DNA of 64,000 nt from Psammoneis japonica (taxonomy: Eukaryota), in the NCBI GenBank assembly GCA_008632985.1, contig QPGO01000106.1:1-64000 (forward strand), read 5' to 3'. Positions 11,553 to 24,940 of the stretch are shown in pieces (the stretch's first letter is position 1; the number at the start of each line of letters is the position of its first letter). The position numbers and the translations under genes are program-made. Below the pieces are notes generated by a model, which was not told where the DNA came from, did not search any database, and was given only the letters and a program-made list of their open reading frames with translations.

Positions 11553-13982
11553 ATGCTTTTGAGAAAAAAGGAATTGTCTTGTACTGTGATTTTATGCTTT
11601 TATGCGCTTGTCAGAAAAACGAGGGCTCAGCTCTTTCAAAGGCTAAGACCAAAACCACTCTCGAAACGTTTGCTACCTAATTTGATCAAATCTCTTTTGG
11701 ACAATGGCGAAACGTGTCCATCCTATCAGGATATGGCTTATATCATTAATGGCTTACAGTTCCTTTCCGAAGGCTACGAGGGTTTTTTCGAATCGCGATT
11801 GGCAGCCGACGGAGAATCGGTAGACGAATTGGGCACCTGCAGCACGTCCCAAGTCCGGTACGAGGCCATTGTCTCCCATATGGAAGCCATGCCGCAACTG
11901 GTGGAAGATGGATTGGTAGTACGCGACAATGCCCTTGGCTTGTTGCGCCTAAACGACGTTCTCTGGCCCCATTGTCAAGGTCAGGAATACTGTGGAATTA
12001 CTGTGGTGAGTGGCTCTTTTTGTTTGTTTTGTTTTTGCTCTGACTTATGTTCAAACACGTTGGCCTCACGTTCAGATACTGTCTTGTACGCTTGTTTTGC
12101 AGGGAGCCCGAAAGGATGTGCATGAAAGAGTGCGACCCCTTGTTGAGGAAGTATTCGGCGACGGATCGGTCGGAGGAGATTTGGACCAAACCAGCACTAA
12201 GTTCTGGAATCGGGCCACGCTGGTGGAGTCGGCGAAAGATTTTTTAAGTGATAAAAACAGAATTTCGATTGTCACCGATGCAAAGGTTTGGGTTGCAATG
12301 CAGTTGCATCAGATTGCCTTGGGAATTTCCTTGAGTGAAGACGAAGCAAGGAACTTTGTCGATATACAGGGTCGATCACTCACGCTGGCACTTTTGCCAG
12401 GAAAGTTGGTCAAGTTTTTTCGTATTTTTCTTGGCGTAGACGATGTGATTGCCGGTAGAGAGGCCTTTGTTGCCAGGTATGAGGATACTTTGCGGCAAGG
12501 CATATCCAGCGGCCGCATTCAGACTCTTAAAGATCAAGACGACAATGTCGAACTGGCGGCCTGGTCATTTTTTGATGCGTTTCAGTTTGCAGGAGGTTTG
12601 TCTGTTCCAAGCGTCATTCAAGGTGGCTTGGGCGCATACTTTACCGGGCTTGCCGGCAATGACTTCAATATCAACGACAGCTCGCAGGCTTCTCTGTTGG
12701 CCCTGGAGAGCATTCGCATGTACCCACCTGTACTCGGTTTTCCGTACATTGAACTCAGCACAGGTCATCGTTTTGCACCTCTGGTGGGGTACAGTGGAAT
12801 GGACAAGTCCGTTTTCGGTGAGGACGCAAATGAATTTCGTATTCGCGGAGACTTGAACTACTACAAGAAGAATCTTATCAATTGGGCTGACCGGGCACTA
12901 CCGGTCGACGGAGTTCCGACCAGGTAAGGGAGGCAAACTGTCGTTCGAAGCGTGGTACACATTACACTCACTGAAACGCTTCTGTGCCATTTAACTCAAT
13001 TTGCACACATTTCCCTTGCAACGTACAATAAAGCAACTTCGTCTGCCCGGCAAAATCGCTAAGCTACAATATGATACTCGCTTTTTGGGAAGCCATGTCT
13101 GTCACAGAGTGGTGTCCAGACCCCACCGACAAGGAAGGCATCACTGTAGGTAATGGACCTAACTTTTGGTCGGATTTTAAGTTAATCCGAAGCGGTGACC
13201 CCAGCAAGAACGGACAATTGAGGGCAGTCAACAGTGGCTCTCACCTGGAGAAATGCCCCAAAGTTTCTGATTCCAACAAGTGTGGGCCCGAAGGTCCACG
13301 TTGTTCGCGTGAGCATTACGAACTCAAAACTGTCAACGTTGACGACCTTGTAGATGCGAACAAGAAGTATCACTCCGACCTTGGCCCGCGTGTTGCGACG
13401 TCGAGCAGTGGCCTTCCATCTCAACTCTTGGGCGTCTTTTGGCTTTCCTTCAACGGTGGCGATTCGGCTCTCGTGTCCTTTGCAAAAAGCAATGATGGAG
13501 GTGGTTTGAGCTCTGGTAGTCTACAAGACGCCCAGGGATTGTACCCCATATCATGCAGTGGCGACCGCACGTGGTCATTTTCGGGCCAAGGAATTTCTTT
13601 TAATTTTTGCCGTGGGGCTGATTTGGTTTACAATTTTCGATTCGATTCCGCAAAGGACCCGAAGGTTGCTGGAATTGAACCTCATGTACGTGCTCTCGAC
13701 CTTGTTGTTCCCACCAACCCAGCGTTAATATTAGACATGACTCTCTTGAGTGAAGAGGAAGCTTCCCAAGCTGGGTACGAGGGAAGTGTCGTATGGGAGC
13801 GCAACAGCCGTGTTCTTGGCTTTGACTTGGACTATCTTGCAGTGCAAGTGGTAGATGGCGACTCCAACATACTTCCCGCGTTTTCCAAGTTCTTGGAGTT
13901 CGCCAATGAATCCGGTGGGAGCCCTGGGTTTATCCACTACTTTGAAACAAAGAAAGAGAATGTCAGCCCGCTTGGCGTCTAA
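11553..13982 (+). CDS. CYP74-like cytochrome P450 (allene oxide synthase/hydroperoxide lyase-like) fused to an unknown C-terminal domain, ~740 aa
   Basis: Exons 11553-12005, 12103-12923 and 13034-13982 join in frame (GTGAG..CAG; GTAAG..AAG). ExxR motif ESIRMYPPV, I-helix FAGGLS, and heme-Cys region INW..SNFVCPAKSLS resembling the CYP74 NKQCxGK motif. Confidence 0.7.
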
Positions 13983-14189
13983 ACATGGGACAGAAACACG
14001 TCTTCTTTTCCACTTAATTACATGTAATCCACGAAACTAATGCATGACATAACGAACATGATAATCCCTTATTCTGAAGGCAGTTCTGTTTCTTGGCTGG
14101 AGGGACTACAGACTGCCGGTATAACGTTAGCAACGTTTCTTTCTTGCAACAATCAGCTGTAGTTGTACCGGCATCTTGAACCGTGCTCA

Positions 14190-16170
14190 ATGCGATTAAG
14201 GTTTGTGAGTTCTCGCAGTCTTCCACAGGTCAAGAGTGTCATTGGCGTCTTCAACTTTGCTCATTCGGAATGTCAACTGGCTGGCGCGTCGAGAGGGTGG
14301 AGGGAGAAAGAAGAGAGAAAGCGAAGAGTGCTTTTGTGCTGGCCGAGAGATCCTGTCTTTTCAAGCATCGCCAGGTGGGAACAAAAAACCATTGATGTCT
14401 GTCTTTCAAGTTTCCAGCAGAGAGCACAAAAATTGACAACAAAATTCAAGAACATGGGGATTGCCGGAAACCACTTTGAAGGGTCCATTGTCATTGCGCT
14501 CATCAACATCATCTGCAACAATCTTGAGCTCATCCTGCAGTGCTTTGCAGTTGGCACGTTCCTCACCCGATTTCCAAAAATTGGCAAATTCACTCATGAG
14601 CAATGGTGTGTGAACAGAGGTCAAGGCCATGAGAACAGAAATGCCAACACAAAGGATTGCTTGTCGGCACGAGTGGATTTGGGGTGGTGTCAAATTGCAC
14701 CATGATGTGGAGTTTGAATGTGTTTTGTGACAGAACCCACATGTTTGTTTCCCAATGTGACATGGTGGAAAAATGCTTGGCAACTGAGAGCATTGGGCAA
14801 ATCATCAGCATGCATGTGCTGTTTGAGTGGCGATGAAAACTGGGCCAATTCTCTGTCCTCGGTCATGCCACTGCCACCAAGAACCTTGTCGTGACTCCAG
14901 CCATCTTCAAATGAGTGAAGCTTTCCATTTTGAATCAACTCATTAACTTTGAGTCCCTTGCTCTTGACAAGTTCTGGCAATTTTTTCCATTTTGGTTCTT
15001 TTTGGCGCATGCTTGCCACCGCTGCTTTGAAAGAATCTCACACAAAGCTGGTGGTGGTGTGATGCACAATGCTGGCTCAATTGTTGATGAGCACCATGCA
15101 CATGACAAAGGGTTGCAGCACTCAATGAATGGCATGGTCCTCTTGCAGAGCACAGTGCTGGCTTGCAATGTTTGAGCCGAAACCCAAAAGTGATGTTGAA
15201 ACAAATGATCTGCCGCTGTCATGAGACAAAAGAGTGAGGATCTCCCCATGCAAACTTGGCATGATGTGTTCCCACTGGCTTCCATCACTGGGAGTGACCA
15301 AACTGTCAGATGTGCCTGTCACGAGAACCTTTCCTTTTGGTCCTCATTGAAGTGGGCACATGCTCCGCACCTGCCAAAGCCTTTTTGTGCCTCAAAATCC
15401 TTCACAAAGAGCGTGTCCACTTCAAAGACCTTTCTTTTCTGATTTGCTCCAGCGGTGGAAAAATGAACAATGGCCAACAGAAAAAGATCCACTTTTTTGA
15501 CAAGACAGTGGAGAGCTTCCACACCTCTGCTCTCAAGTGACACAGAAAGCATGTGTGTTGTTCAGAAAAAAATGTTGAACCCTCACACTGCCGCTGATGC
15601 TGAAAAAAAGAGGGTTGAGAAAAAACACATTGTGATGCACAGCCATGGTGCAAGTTGCCAAGAGCTGGAGTTTGTGTGACATCTTGGGAGGCACCAGCTT
15701 GAAATGAGTTTTTTGCACCCCACTTCAAACAAGCCCACTTTTCTGGGCCTGAGCACTTTGACCCATGATGCCGGGTTGCCCTGGCCCTCAACAGGTTCAT
15801 GAAGAAGCAAAGTTGCCACTTCTGGCAGAGCTGGTGTGCTGAGCACCAGCACAATGTTCTCAGGTACAGTGCACAGAATGTGCCCCAGCTCTGCTGGGTG
15901 GGATGCCTCATGCATTGTGGCACTGTGTGGTGCTGACATCGCGTGGGCCTCACAACATCAAGCACACGTGTTTCTGCACACAACTTTGGCTGCATTTTTT
16001 GCACTGTTTTACCGCACAGCCCAGTTGTCATGCTGTCCACTTGACAACTTTTAATTTTTCCACAAAGCAGCTCTCAAATGTGCCTGTGGCATGATGCTCC
16101 AGCCCCAGTTGTTGCTCCACAGAGCATTGGCCTGCCCACGCAAACTCTGCCCGCAGCTCTCACTCTGGTT
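14190..16170. other. TpA- and CpG-depleted degenerate island, origin unrecognised
   Basis: Only a handful of TA sites in ~2 kb; overlapping Cys/His-rich, near Tyr-free ORFs in all frames. Confidence 0.8.
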
Positions 16171-16416
16171 GATAAGTGAAATACAACTTTTGATTATGAA
16201 AATTGATGGGCATTTCCTATTACAGTATTATTTTTTCCCGCCAAGCAGTTTTGGATCTTGCGTGATGCGGCATAACTCGCGACCAACCTGAGCTGTTCTC
16301 GTCGTCGCGCCACATTCCTCATTCATTCAACTCACGTGTGCTGCATCTGTCTCATTAAAATATAAGTTTACACCTTTATTGGCATTCACTTGATCTGACT
16401 TGCAACAAACATATTC

Positions 16417-17734
16417 ATGATTTTACTCGAAACATTCCAACGACTCCGCGACATTGCTCTCGACGAGAATGCCACGGCAAACGAGCTGTTCTTCTTGGCG
16501 TTGGCCTTTGCCGTGGTTTGGGCCGTCTTTTTTGCAATATCGGGTGCCCTCATTCGTCCCCTCATTTACAACAAACCCTGGCTCATTCAGGCGGGACGAC
16601 GTGATTATCATCGTAATGGTAAGGAATTGTACGAAAAAGTCGGTGTGCTGCTGACGGAGGACGAGTATGTTGTCAAATTCATGTCGCTGTGGCCGTGGAA
16701 TGTCAATGTATGCATTCAACACGCCATGGGTGGACTGCTCTGTGTGCCGTCTATCATGGGTTGGTTTACACCCGAACTCTCGGCGAGTTTGGCCTGTCTG
16801 GGCATTATTAGTGAGATGGGATGGGAAATTCAAGATTTGCTCACGTGGGTCATCAAGCGATACACGCACCCCAATGGCTATTTTGAAGTACCAATGGCAG
16901 TGAGTAGATGATCTGTTTTTACGTTCAATATATGATTGGCGCTGTTGAATTCTAATCCCATGCTCTTGTCTCTTGCTCGTTTATATATAGTTTATTATTG
17001 TCTTGGGGATTCATCATTCTCTCACATGCTCGCTGGGCATTCCCATTGTATTAAACTTTCGTGCCTTGAAATTGGTACATTGGATGTGTCTTGATCTACA
17101 ATTTGCCGGCGCGTCCACCATTGTCATTACCGAATACACAAAGACACTCCAAGTGACGGTACCCAACGAGTTGCGTCAATTCCAAGCGTGGACGCTTTTT
17201 GGTTTAGTCGTGGCGTGTTGGACACGGGGTATTCATTGGTTGTATCTTTGTTACAAAATCATTGTTGCCATCCGTCAAGCCAATTCGCCACTGGCACTAA
17301 CGTTGTTGGCAAGCTTGATTGCGGTCATTTTTACGCTCTTTAATTGGGTCTTTGTCATTCAACCCTACTTTCGACGCTTTCAAAAATTCCAACAAGCATC
17401 GGCCGAGTACACGGCCCTGCCTGCCACGGCGGACAAGCAACAACGACGCTCTTCCATTATGGAATTGGAACAAGCTGCGGCATCCGTGGCACAAACGGCT
17501 CTTGTTCTTCAGGACGAAATGCTTTCGGCCGCGTTGCAATTCAACTCATACAACAATAACAAGGCGACAAGGCGAAGCACCATGCCGCCATCCATGTTTG
17601 GTTCGCAACCACAACAGTCAATCAGCAGACGACGACTTAGCTCCATTGCCATGCTGGGATCCTCTACTTCGATTGACGTGTCGAGTCTAATCTCGTCGTC
17701 AAAACTTGAAGACGAGCTCAAGAAGGACGATTAA
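16417..17734 (+). CDS. Multi-pass membrane protein, TLC-domain-like, ~408 aa
   Basis: Exons 16417-16899 and 16991-17734 (GTGAGT..TAG, phase 0); several TM helices; IHH motif. Confidence 0.7.
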
Positions 17735-18290
17735 GGTGCTTCTGCTGATCACTACTGAACAATCATAATCAGCACTAGACAACCATAGATAACTACAAGT
17801 TTGCGTTGATTCTAATACCGATATAGTCGTTTGAAGCAACGGTGTCATGAAGTTTCTCCTTACGAATGCGTTGTATGTTGAAAGATACAAGATACCATTC
17901 GTCTCGAATTCGCCCGCAAAACGTGTCTGTAATCAAGACGGACGAGACGAACCACCATGAGTCATCTATACTACAGCAACTATTTCTTCTTGTCGAGTCT
18001 AATCTCGTCGTCACAATTTCGAGACGAGCTCAAGAAGGACGATTAAGGTGCTTCTGCTGTTGAACGAGAATTATACTCTTTTTGATTGTATTGACCACTA
18101 CTGAACAATCATAATCAACACTAGAAACCATAGAACAGCAAGATTGCGTTGATCCTAATACCGCATAATCGTTTGAACCTACAGCTTCGTGAAGCTTCTC
18201 CGTAGGATTGTGTGGTATGTTGAATGATAATTCGTCTCGAATTCAATCGAACAACGTGCTCACCATCATCTATAGTGCTACATCAACTCT
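17679..18290 (+). repeat. Diverged ~310-bp tandem duplication of the gene 3' end and UTR
   Basis: TGTCGAGTCTAATCTCGTCGTCA...GAGCTCAAGAAGGACGATTAAGGTGCTTCTGCTG at 17679 and 17991. Confidence 0.9.
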
Positions 18291-18295
18291 TTTTA

Positions 18296-18859
18296 TTATT
18301 CTTGTTTCTTTTGTGCTTGTTGAATCTTGTGCGCCGCCAATCGGACCGTTTTCCACCACAAAAGCGCATTGATCACGTGAGTCGTCCAGCACAAGATACA
18401 AAGCTCCTTTAGCACTGTCAATTGGTACGCCAAGAACAAGGACGCCGTCAAGGCAAGACTAGAAGCCACTTGAGTCAATTGAACGGGGAGTGAATCGGCA
18501 AAGAGCAACATGTAGGCGTAATAAAGGCAACCAATCAAGGCATTCGGTACGTCGAGGGTGTGTCCTTTTGGTACAATACCAAAATACGACATCATGCGGC
18601 CTTCGGGTAATTGAAATACAGCACTATATAACAGTATAACAAACATGGAGGAGAGTTTAGACAACTGAAGAAAGTCAAATCCCATACTTTTCGTGTCTCG
18701 ACAATGCTATTCTTACCTGCAAGATGCACCGATTTGTTCAATGTCACAAAAGGCTGTAAAATCTTCTTCTGGATCTTTCTGTTCAATTTTATGCTCCACA
18801 TAAACGGCATAGAGTGAAAGGACAAGTCCAAGGGAAGCTAGAGTTGAAGAAGAAGGCAT
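18296..18859 (-). CDS. VKORC1: Vitamin K epoxide reductase (VKORC1-like), ~156 aa
   Basis: Exons 18859-18717 and 18623-18296 (GTAAGA..TAG); SLYAVYVE, FCD..ASCS, PNALIG and CILC redox motifs. Confidence 0.88.
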
Positions 18860-19361
18860 GATGATGCGATAATAAGGAGTGATGCTTGCAACTAAGAGAG
18901 TGCGAAAATATTACAGTATGAAAGCCAATGCAATACTACAGTAACGCCATTGCAGGCCGTCGTCCGTTGGACCGTTGGCTCTAGCTATACTAGAGTACGA
19001 AGTAGCTACGTAGCTACTCTAGCGAGAAGTAGAGAGTGCACAGCACATCGCACGAGCTCTCGTTCGATCACTTGCGAGGTCGGGGATTAACGTAGGTCAA
19101 CGATAGAAGCCCCCGCAAAGGTCATCTTTCACTCTCTACTCGAGAGTATCCCGTATCCTCATCAAAGCTAAACGGTTTTGAAACTACTAGTAGAGCAAGT
19201 TATCTGACAGCCTAGAGAGAGAGAGAGAGAGAGAGCTCCTACAAGAACTCAACATAAAACACGCATTCAATCTAAAACGGCGTCTCTAATTGCTTCAAAA
19301 CTTTCAAATCACTCGGTTTCGTGCGGTGCTTTCAACCATCCACCAACACTGTAACTTTCAA

Positions 19362-20452
19362 TTATATTTTCAATCCATTCCTGGTGGGAGCTCCCTTGGT
19401 ATAATCCCAAAAGGGCCCTCGATAGTCCGCCACGCTCGGCCAGTCCTCGACCGACACAAACCCATAACGAGCCTTTAACTCACTAAACCCATCCGATCCA
19501 CTGGGACCCAAATCCACTACATTTATTCCATCCGCATCAATGGCTCGTTCCACTAAACTCTTTACAGAATCAAACCACACGTACTGTTTGGACGCTTGAT
19601 TGGTGGCATAGAACCATTGTCCACGAATGGTACCGCCCTTGCGTATTTCGTGTGCAAAGGCTATAATTTTGTTGTCCGAGTCACGGTATTCTCGAATTTC
19701 ACCCGCCATGCGAGTCGTTCCAAAAAAGCGAGACACGGCTTCGGCCAGTGCATCAAAAAAGTCATATCCTCCCGAATACGCCAAGAGCCGCACTTCATGC
19801 TCCATGACGCAACGAAAATGTGCCAGTGACGAGTGCGGTGCCGGCTTGTTATTTTCAATGGGTCGAGCCGTGACTGTAAAATTCTGTGCGGCGGCACGTT
19901 TCAGCGTTCTGCGACACCCGCGTGGCAAACTGGATTCCCATTCATCGACCGAGGAAATGTTGTGCAAATCCAACAGTGCATGTGGACGAGTACGCCATTG
20001 ACCCGTCCATTGCGCGGCACCCATGGCTCCGAGCGAGGCTCGTTCTCGATCCAATAACGATACGGGAGCTCCGCAGGGCTTGTCTTCATTCTTGGGTAAT
20101 TTCTGGAGTGCCTTTTCCAGCATTTGCATGGGCGGCGAGTCCTTGGGTAAATCACCATAGACGGTGGCAATGGCCAGCATTAAATTGTCGTACTGCGAGT
20201 CTCCAGCATAAGCACGAGACACCCAAGCAAAGAGTTGTGTCACTTTTTCATCATCCATGTCGGCTCGTATTTGAACCGTTTGTTGTTCTTGTTCCTTGGA
20301 CGACGTGAATAAACACGTGGTCTTGTGGGGGTGAGAAAATTCTCATTCGTAATAACGACAGCTCTGCCTCTGCTACTACATCTTTTTGGAGCAACTACAA
20401 AGGAATAAGATGATGCCAAGAGGCACGTCAGTAACAATAGTAATCGTGTCAT
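19362..20452 (-). CDS. GNAT-fold acyltransferase-like protein with probable bipartite plastid-targeting peptide (short 5' intron likely)
   Basis: ORF 19362-20258 (RRTLKRA, IIAFAH, GQWFY, VVDLGP, LKARYGF). Upstream MTRLLLLLTCLLASSYSF is in another frame, with a CTCAC..CAAG acceptor near 20322; donor uncertain. Confidence 0.6.
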
Positions 20453-20556
20453 GGTGCAAACGACGCAGCAGGATGAGTTTTGTTTTGCGTTGGAGGTTTT
20501 TCTTATCATCGGCTTTCTCACTTCGTTGGCTCTCTTCATATTTTTGTACTGATTCC

Positions 20557-20605
20557 TACGTAGATTTCTACAGAGAAAAATTCCGCGAAAAAATGAGCTT
20601 GACGT
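20557..20605. promoter_or_regulatory. Shared upstream motif TACGTAGATTTCTAC..AAA.TTCCGCGAAAAAATGAG
   Basis: Near-identical copy at 21979-22027; core also at 33077-33098 and 58728-58745. Confidence 0.5.
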
Positions 20606-21063
20606 CATGCACAACACGCGATTGTATTTTGTGCCAAAATTGTTGTAGTAGTGTACTGTATCGATCTTGAGATACAGTAGTGTAATGGCTGTTACGACGA
20701 TTTGTTGCTTGGCATGCAATGGGACAAACGGCGATGCGACGATACTCTTCAAGGAAGGGATTATTATTAGAGTGCGGTATCAATATCCTGTTAACTATTG
20801 ATCGCACAAATCCTAAACTCGCACGGAGTGACTTGGAGCACGGTGCGAGGAGTGAGATAACACTTTTGGTAGCGTAGTCGTAGATACTACTACTGTGACG
20901 AACGGATGCCAGAAAGATATACACACAATTTTTTTAATATCAAACAAAGAATGACACAGGTCCTGGCTCCTCTGTGACAAGCAACGTGCATTGCCCTTGT
21001 ACATTCGTACTGAACAGGAACTGGTGTTAGTGGAAGTACATTTCCTACTAGCACACGCAGTCC

Positions 21064-21810
21064 TTACAAATCAGTGAACTCGTCCTTGATGTACGAACGC
21101 ACGAGCTTGTCCACGATGGCTTCATAGGGGCTGCGTAAGGCGGACGACTCCTCCGGCGTGTTCTCCTTGACCACAGTGCGGAAGTTTTCAGACTTGATCA
21201 GCTGTTCCGCCGTAAAAGTGGCGACACGCTCATCAGCCGGAATATCCAACTTGGCCATCATGTTGAGCACGAAGGAGGCACAGTTGTTGGTCCACAAGTC
21301 GTAGTCCTTCTGCATTCCCTCCCCAAAACGGGTGGGTTTTGCTTCAGTAAGCGCCGAGGCAATCTTGGAGAGCTCCCTGGTAGCCAAGATGAGACGGGGC
21401 TGCACTGCGGCCAGGTCTTCCACGATGTCGTTCAAGACGTGAACCGTCTTCTCCCCCGCATCGTCGTGGAACTCGAAGTCAAAGGTAAGAATAGGGCAGT
21501 CCTTCTCCTCGTCCTTCTTTAGGGGCTCTGCCATGAGGAAGATGTGACTGTTGACAAACAAGGAAACCTCGTAAAGGTCGGACGCGCACTCACCATCCAC
21601 CATCAAAGCCGTCGACTCTTCGAGAGAAAGAAGACGGCGATCACCATCTTCCTCGCTACTTTCATCCTCACTACTTTCAAAAAGACTACAAAAATTAATC
21701 CCAAACGGCTTGCATCTATCCTCGAAGGTCAAGCCTCCCTCAACAGAAGAAGGAAAGATGGCAAGGCTGACAAGCCCAGTTAGAATGGCAAATGCAGAAG
21801 CAAACTTCAT
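21064..21810 (-). CDS. Secreted protein with a permuted papain-like (PPPDE/LRAT-like) motif, 248 aa
   Basis: Signal peptide MKFASAFAILTGLVSLA; NSH plus YDLWTNNCASFV. Confidence 0.6.
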   Translation of the reverse strand: MKFASAFAILTGLVSLAIFPSSVEGGLTFEDRCKPFGINFCSLFESSEDESSEEDGDRRLLSLEESTALMVDGECASDLYEVSLFVNSHIFLMAEPLKKDEEKDCPILTFDFEFHDDAGEKTVHVLNDIVEDLAAVQPRLILATRELSKIASALTEAKPTRFGEGMQKDYDLWTNNCASFVLNMMAKLDIPADERVATFTAEQLIKSENFRTVVKENTPEESSALRSPYEAIVDKLVRSYIKDEFTDL

Positions 21811-22589
21811 GATTGCGTGATTTATGGCAGAGGAGAGAGCTTTTCAGAGAACAAGGTCTTTCTTTGAAATATGATTACTTCGGCAAAGATACGCTTTCAT
21901 CAGTTGGTTCCATGTTCCATCGGCCATCGGCAGCATCTTCCCGTCAAACCAAAACCTGATTCCTCCTCGTACGATACGTACGTAGATTTCTACGAAGAAA
22001 GTTCCGCGAAAAAATGAGGTTGAGCGTTCAGGATTGCGCATCCCCTGCGCGAAACGAACTCACTTGGCTGCCGTCGAAAAAATTGAAGTTTCGCGCGTCA
22101 GCGCGAAACTTTCGCGGCGGCGAAAGATTCCTGATGCCGCCAGCGGCGGCAATGTGCTTACATTCAAGTTTGGATCTAAGAAACTCGCGAGAGTTCGGCC
22201 TTGCATCCGAAGGAATCTTCAACTCGACCATGAACTTTTCACGAAAATGAGCGGTGAGCGGTGACGCCTCACCCACACTGACACCTTCATCGAGTTGACG
22301 ACTTTATCGAGCAGACGACATGTTCATCAATGCGAGATGGAGCTGCAGCATGTTGACCAACAACTGGGTTGTTCCAAGGTCAAACACATCACTGTGATGA
22401 TGAGTGCTGTGTCACGGGACTTTGAAGAGGTGGTGTCATCAAGTGTCATTGTGGCTGAAAGCAGCAACAAGCCTTCGGTTGCTGTTGCCTCAGTTTCAAG
22501 ACCCACTGGGAAGAAAAAGCAGCGGTTGTTGCAGAAGAAAAAGAAGAAACCAGCTTTTTCTTCTGAAGCATCCGATCCATTCACAGCAG

Positions 22590-22925
22590 GCCAGAACAGC
22601 ATGAGCTTCTGCATCCGTGGCAGGCCACGCTCACAGCAACGTGACAGGGCTGGTTGGAATGTGACCAGCAGGTGCAACCCATCAAAAAAGCTGCAGGCAG
22701 AGTTTGCCAAACTCGTGCACAACCTTTGTGCTTGCCACGAAGTGTCTCTGCCCTGCTTTTGCGCCAATGCAAGTCTGTTGGTGACTGCATCTTTTTTGTT
22801 TCCTCCACCAAAACGAGGCAGAGGAAACATTTTTAGAGTTGCAGACATTGACAACCTTTGCAAGTTTCTGCTTGATTCACTCAACAAGCTTGTGTGTGAT
22901 GATGATTGTAAAGTCGTGGGGTGCA
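22590..22925 (+). pseudogene. rusA: RusA-family Holliday junction resolvase remnant
   Basis: FCIRGRPRSQQR..CNPS..FLFPPPK..ADIDNLCKFLLDSLNKLVCDDDCKVV matches the RusA DxDNxxKxxxDxL..YxDDxQV pattern with Tyr->Cys. Confidence 0.75.
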
Positions 22926-23459
22926 CGAGAGTTTGTGTGGAATCAGCAAAAGAACAGCAATTGCTGTTGTGCACCTCTGCACAATGTGTCATTCAGTGCT
23001 TGTGCCACATTTCTTCCCTTTCTTTGTTCGATGAGGATTGTGGTGGAGAGGGGGGGGTGCACGACAGCTTGCGCAGCAGCAGAATTAAAACAACAGTGAC
23101 TGGAAGCACCACAATGAGAGGGGATGCACGAGAGTTGGTGTGCAAGCAGAACAATGACCATGAGGATTGTGGTGGTGAGGGACACACAAGAGTTCCTGCA
23201 ATTGAAAGAACAAAACATGCTGCGCCTGAAGCACATCCACCCAATGCACCATTCAATGCGCAACAGCTCACCATCATTCAGCACTTGTGCAGCATTTCTT
23301 CACTTGCACACTGGCGACACTGCGTTCTTCATTCTTGAGAAGAACAAAGTCAAGACACCTGTTCCTCCCTCTGCTGACATCTCCACAGGACTCCTCTTCC
23401 TGCCTTTGTGGCGGATGCACCCGTTGGCTTCACAACACTTGTTGCACCTGCCACCAACA

Positions 23460-24940
23460 CCAGTCATTGTCTTCCACAGGCTGGAGCTCGTCTTTTTGTT
23501 GAGTTCACCCATTTTGGTGAATGCTGCATGCTCCATTTCACATGCAACTGCAGCCAGGACACTGTCAAAATCTTCGATTGCCTCCCATTCAGATGCTTTG
23601 TCTTGAGCAACAGTCTTTGCTCATCAGCAAGAACAGACTCCACAAGCTCCACAGCCCCCCAACAGAAATGTGTGTCTTTCTGAGGCACCGAATCAGGCAT
23701 GGCATCATGCAGCTTGCGCCCAGCAAACAGCTTGTTTTTGTCGACCAATTGAACAATGAGCTCCTTTGTGGTGATCCCTTTGCTTGTGGCTGTCAAATCC
23801 AAATTTTGTCGCCATTGCATTGATGTCAATGCTTTCTTGTCGTGCTGCTGCTTGGCCTCACACAGTGTCTCATTGACAGATTCAATGAATCTCAGAAGTT
23901 CTTGCGGGATTCCGGGATTGCATCCCTTCTGTCGGGTGTTGTGTCGGCAGTGGCCGTGGTTTCAACAGTTTCAATCATGTCAGCTCTGGCATTGTGAGTG
24001 AATTCCTGTTTTGCAATGGGTTCTTCTGTGTTGTTGTTTGTTTCTGGCTCCTCCGCTGCCCGCCCACGGAACGCCGCCTTCAGCGCAGCAACAATGGATG
24101 ACAAGAACGTGGTTGTTGTCAACATCTTCAGTCCAGACACTTCAGATCCAATGAGATTTTGCTTCTGCTGCAGCTCCAAATTCAACTGCACAAGCTTTTG
24201 GATGACACGTGACTGCTTGTTGATTGCATCTGTCAAAGTTGTGGCCGCTGCATCTGGCACCCGACTGTTTTCCAATTCGTGGGCCTTGTCAATGATGCCC
24301 ACCAATGTGACCAATTTGCGGTGTGCCTCCCCTGGAGACATTGCCAACCTGGCTTTCTCAACAGAGGACACCAATTTGCACACCAATTGATTCCCAGGGC
24401 CAAACTCCTCGTGCACAACAGGGCACTTCATTGCAGTTGAAATAAAGAAACCAACACAAGGCACAGACATGACACAAGCCGGTCCATTTCTTCTGCTGTG
24501 ACATGGCTCACAAGAGCATCCAGACTTGCTGGGTGCACCATGTCTCATGGATGCTCAAATCCCACAAGCGCATTGGCCGGTGCCATTCCAGCCAAAGGAT
24601 TCATTCTGGTGTGTGGCTCACTGTTGTTGCCAGCTGAGAAGCCACCAGCAACTCCTCTGGTGTGACATCTGGATGAATTGAAAGCTCAGTGTTGGAGCCA
24701 ACGTGAATGCTCCAAGACAAATTGAACACAAGCATCTGGGCGTCTGAGTTTTTCTTTGTTGATTTTGCAAGTTGCGCAGCTGCAGCTGCATCAGAAATCT
24801 GCCAAAGATCCGGGAACACTGCCTTGTTTGCCAGCTTTGTTTTCTCATCCAAGCTGTCACACCGGCACAAGCCATCTTCCACAGCAAAGAACGCTCTGGT
24901 GACAGCAATGCTTGCCATGCTTGGTGTTTCACATCTCACT
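23460..24940 (-). mobile_element. Degenerate coding remnant, possibly tyrosine-recombinase (Crypton-like) element-derived
   Basis: SWSIHVGSNTELSIHPDV resembles the YR S-x-R-x-G..T..H motif after CGC->CAC decay; weak. Confidence 0.25.
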
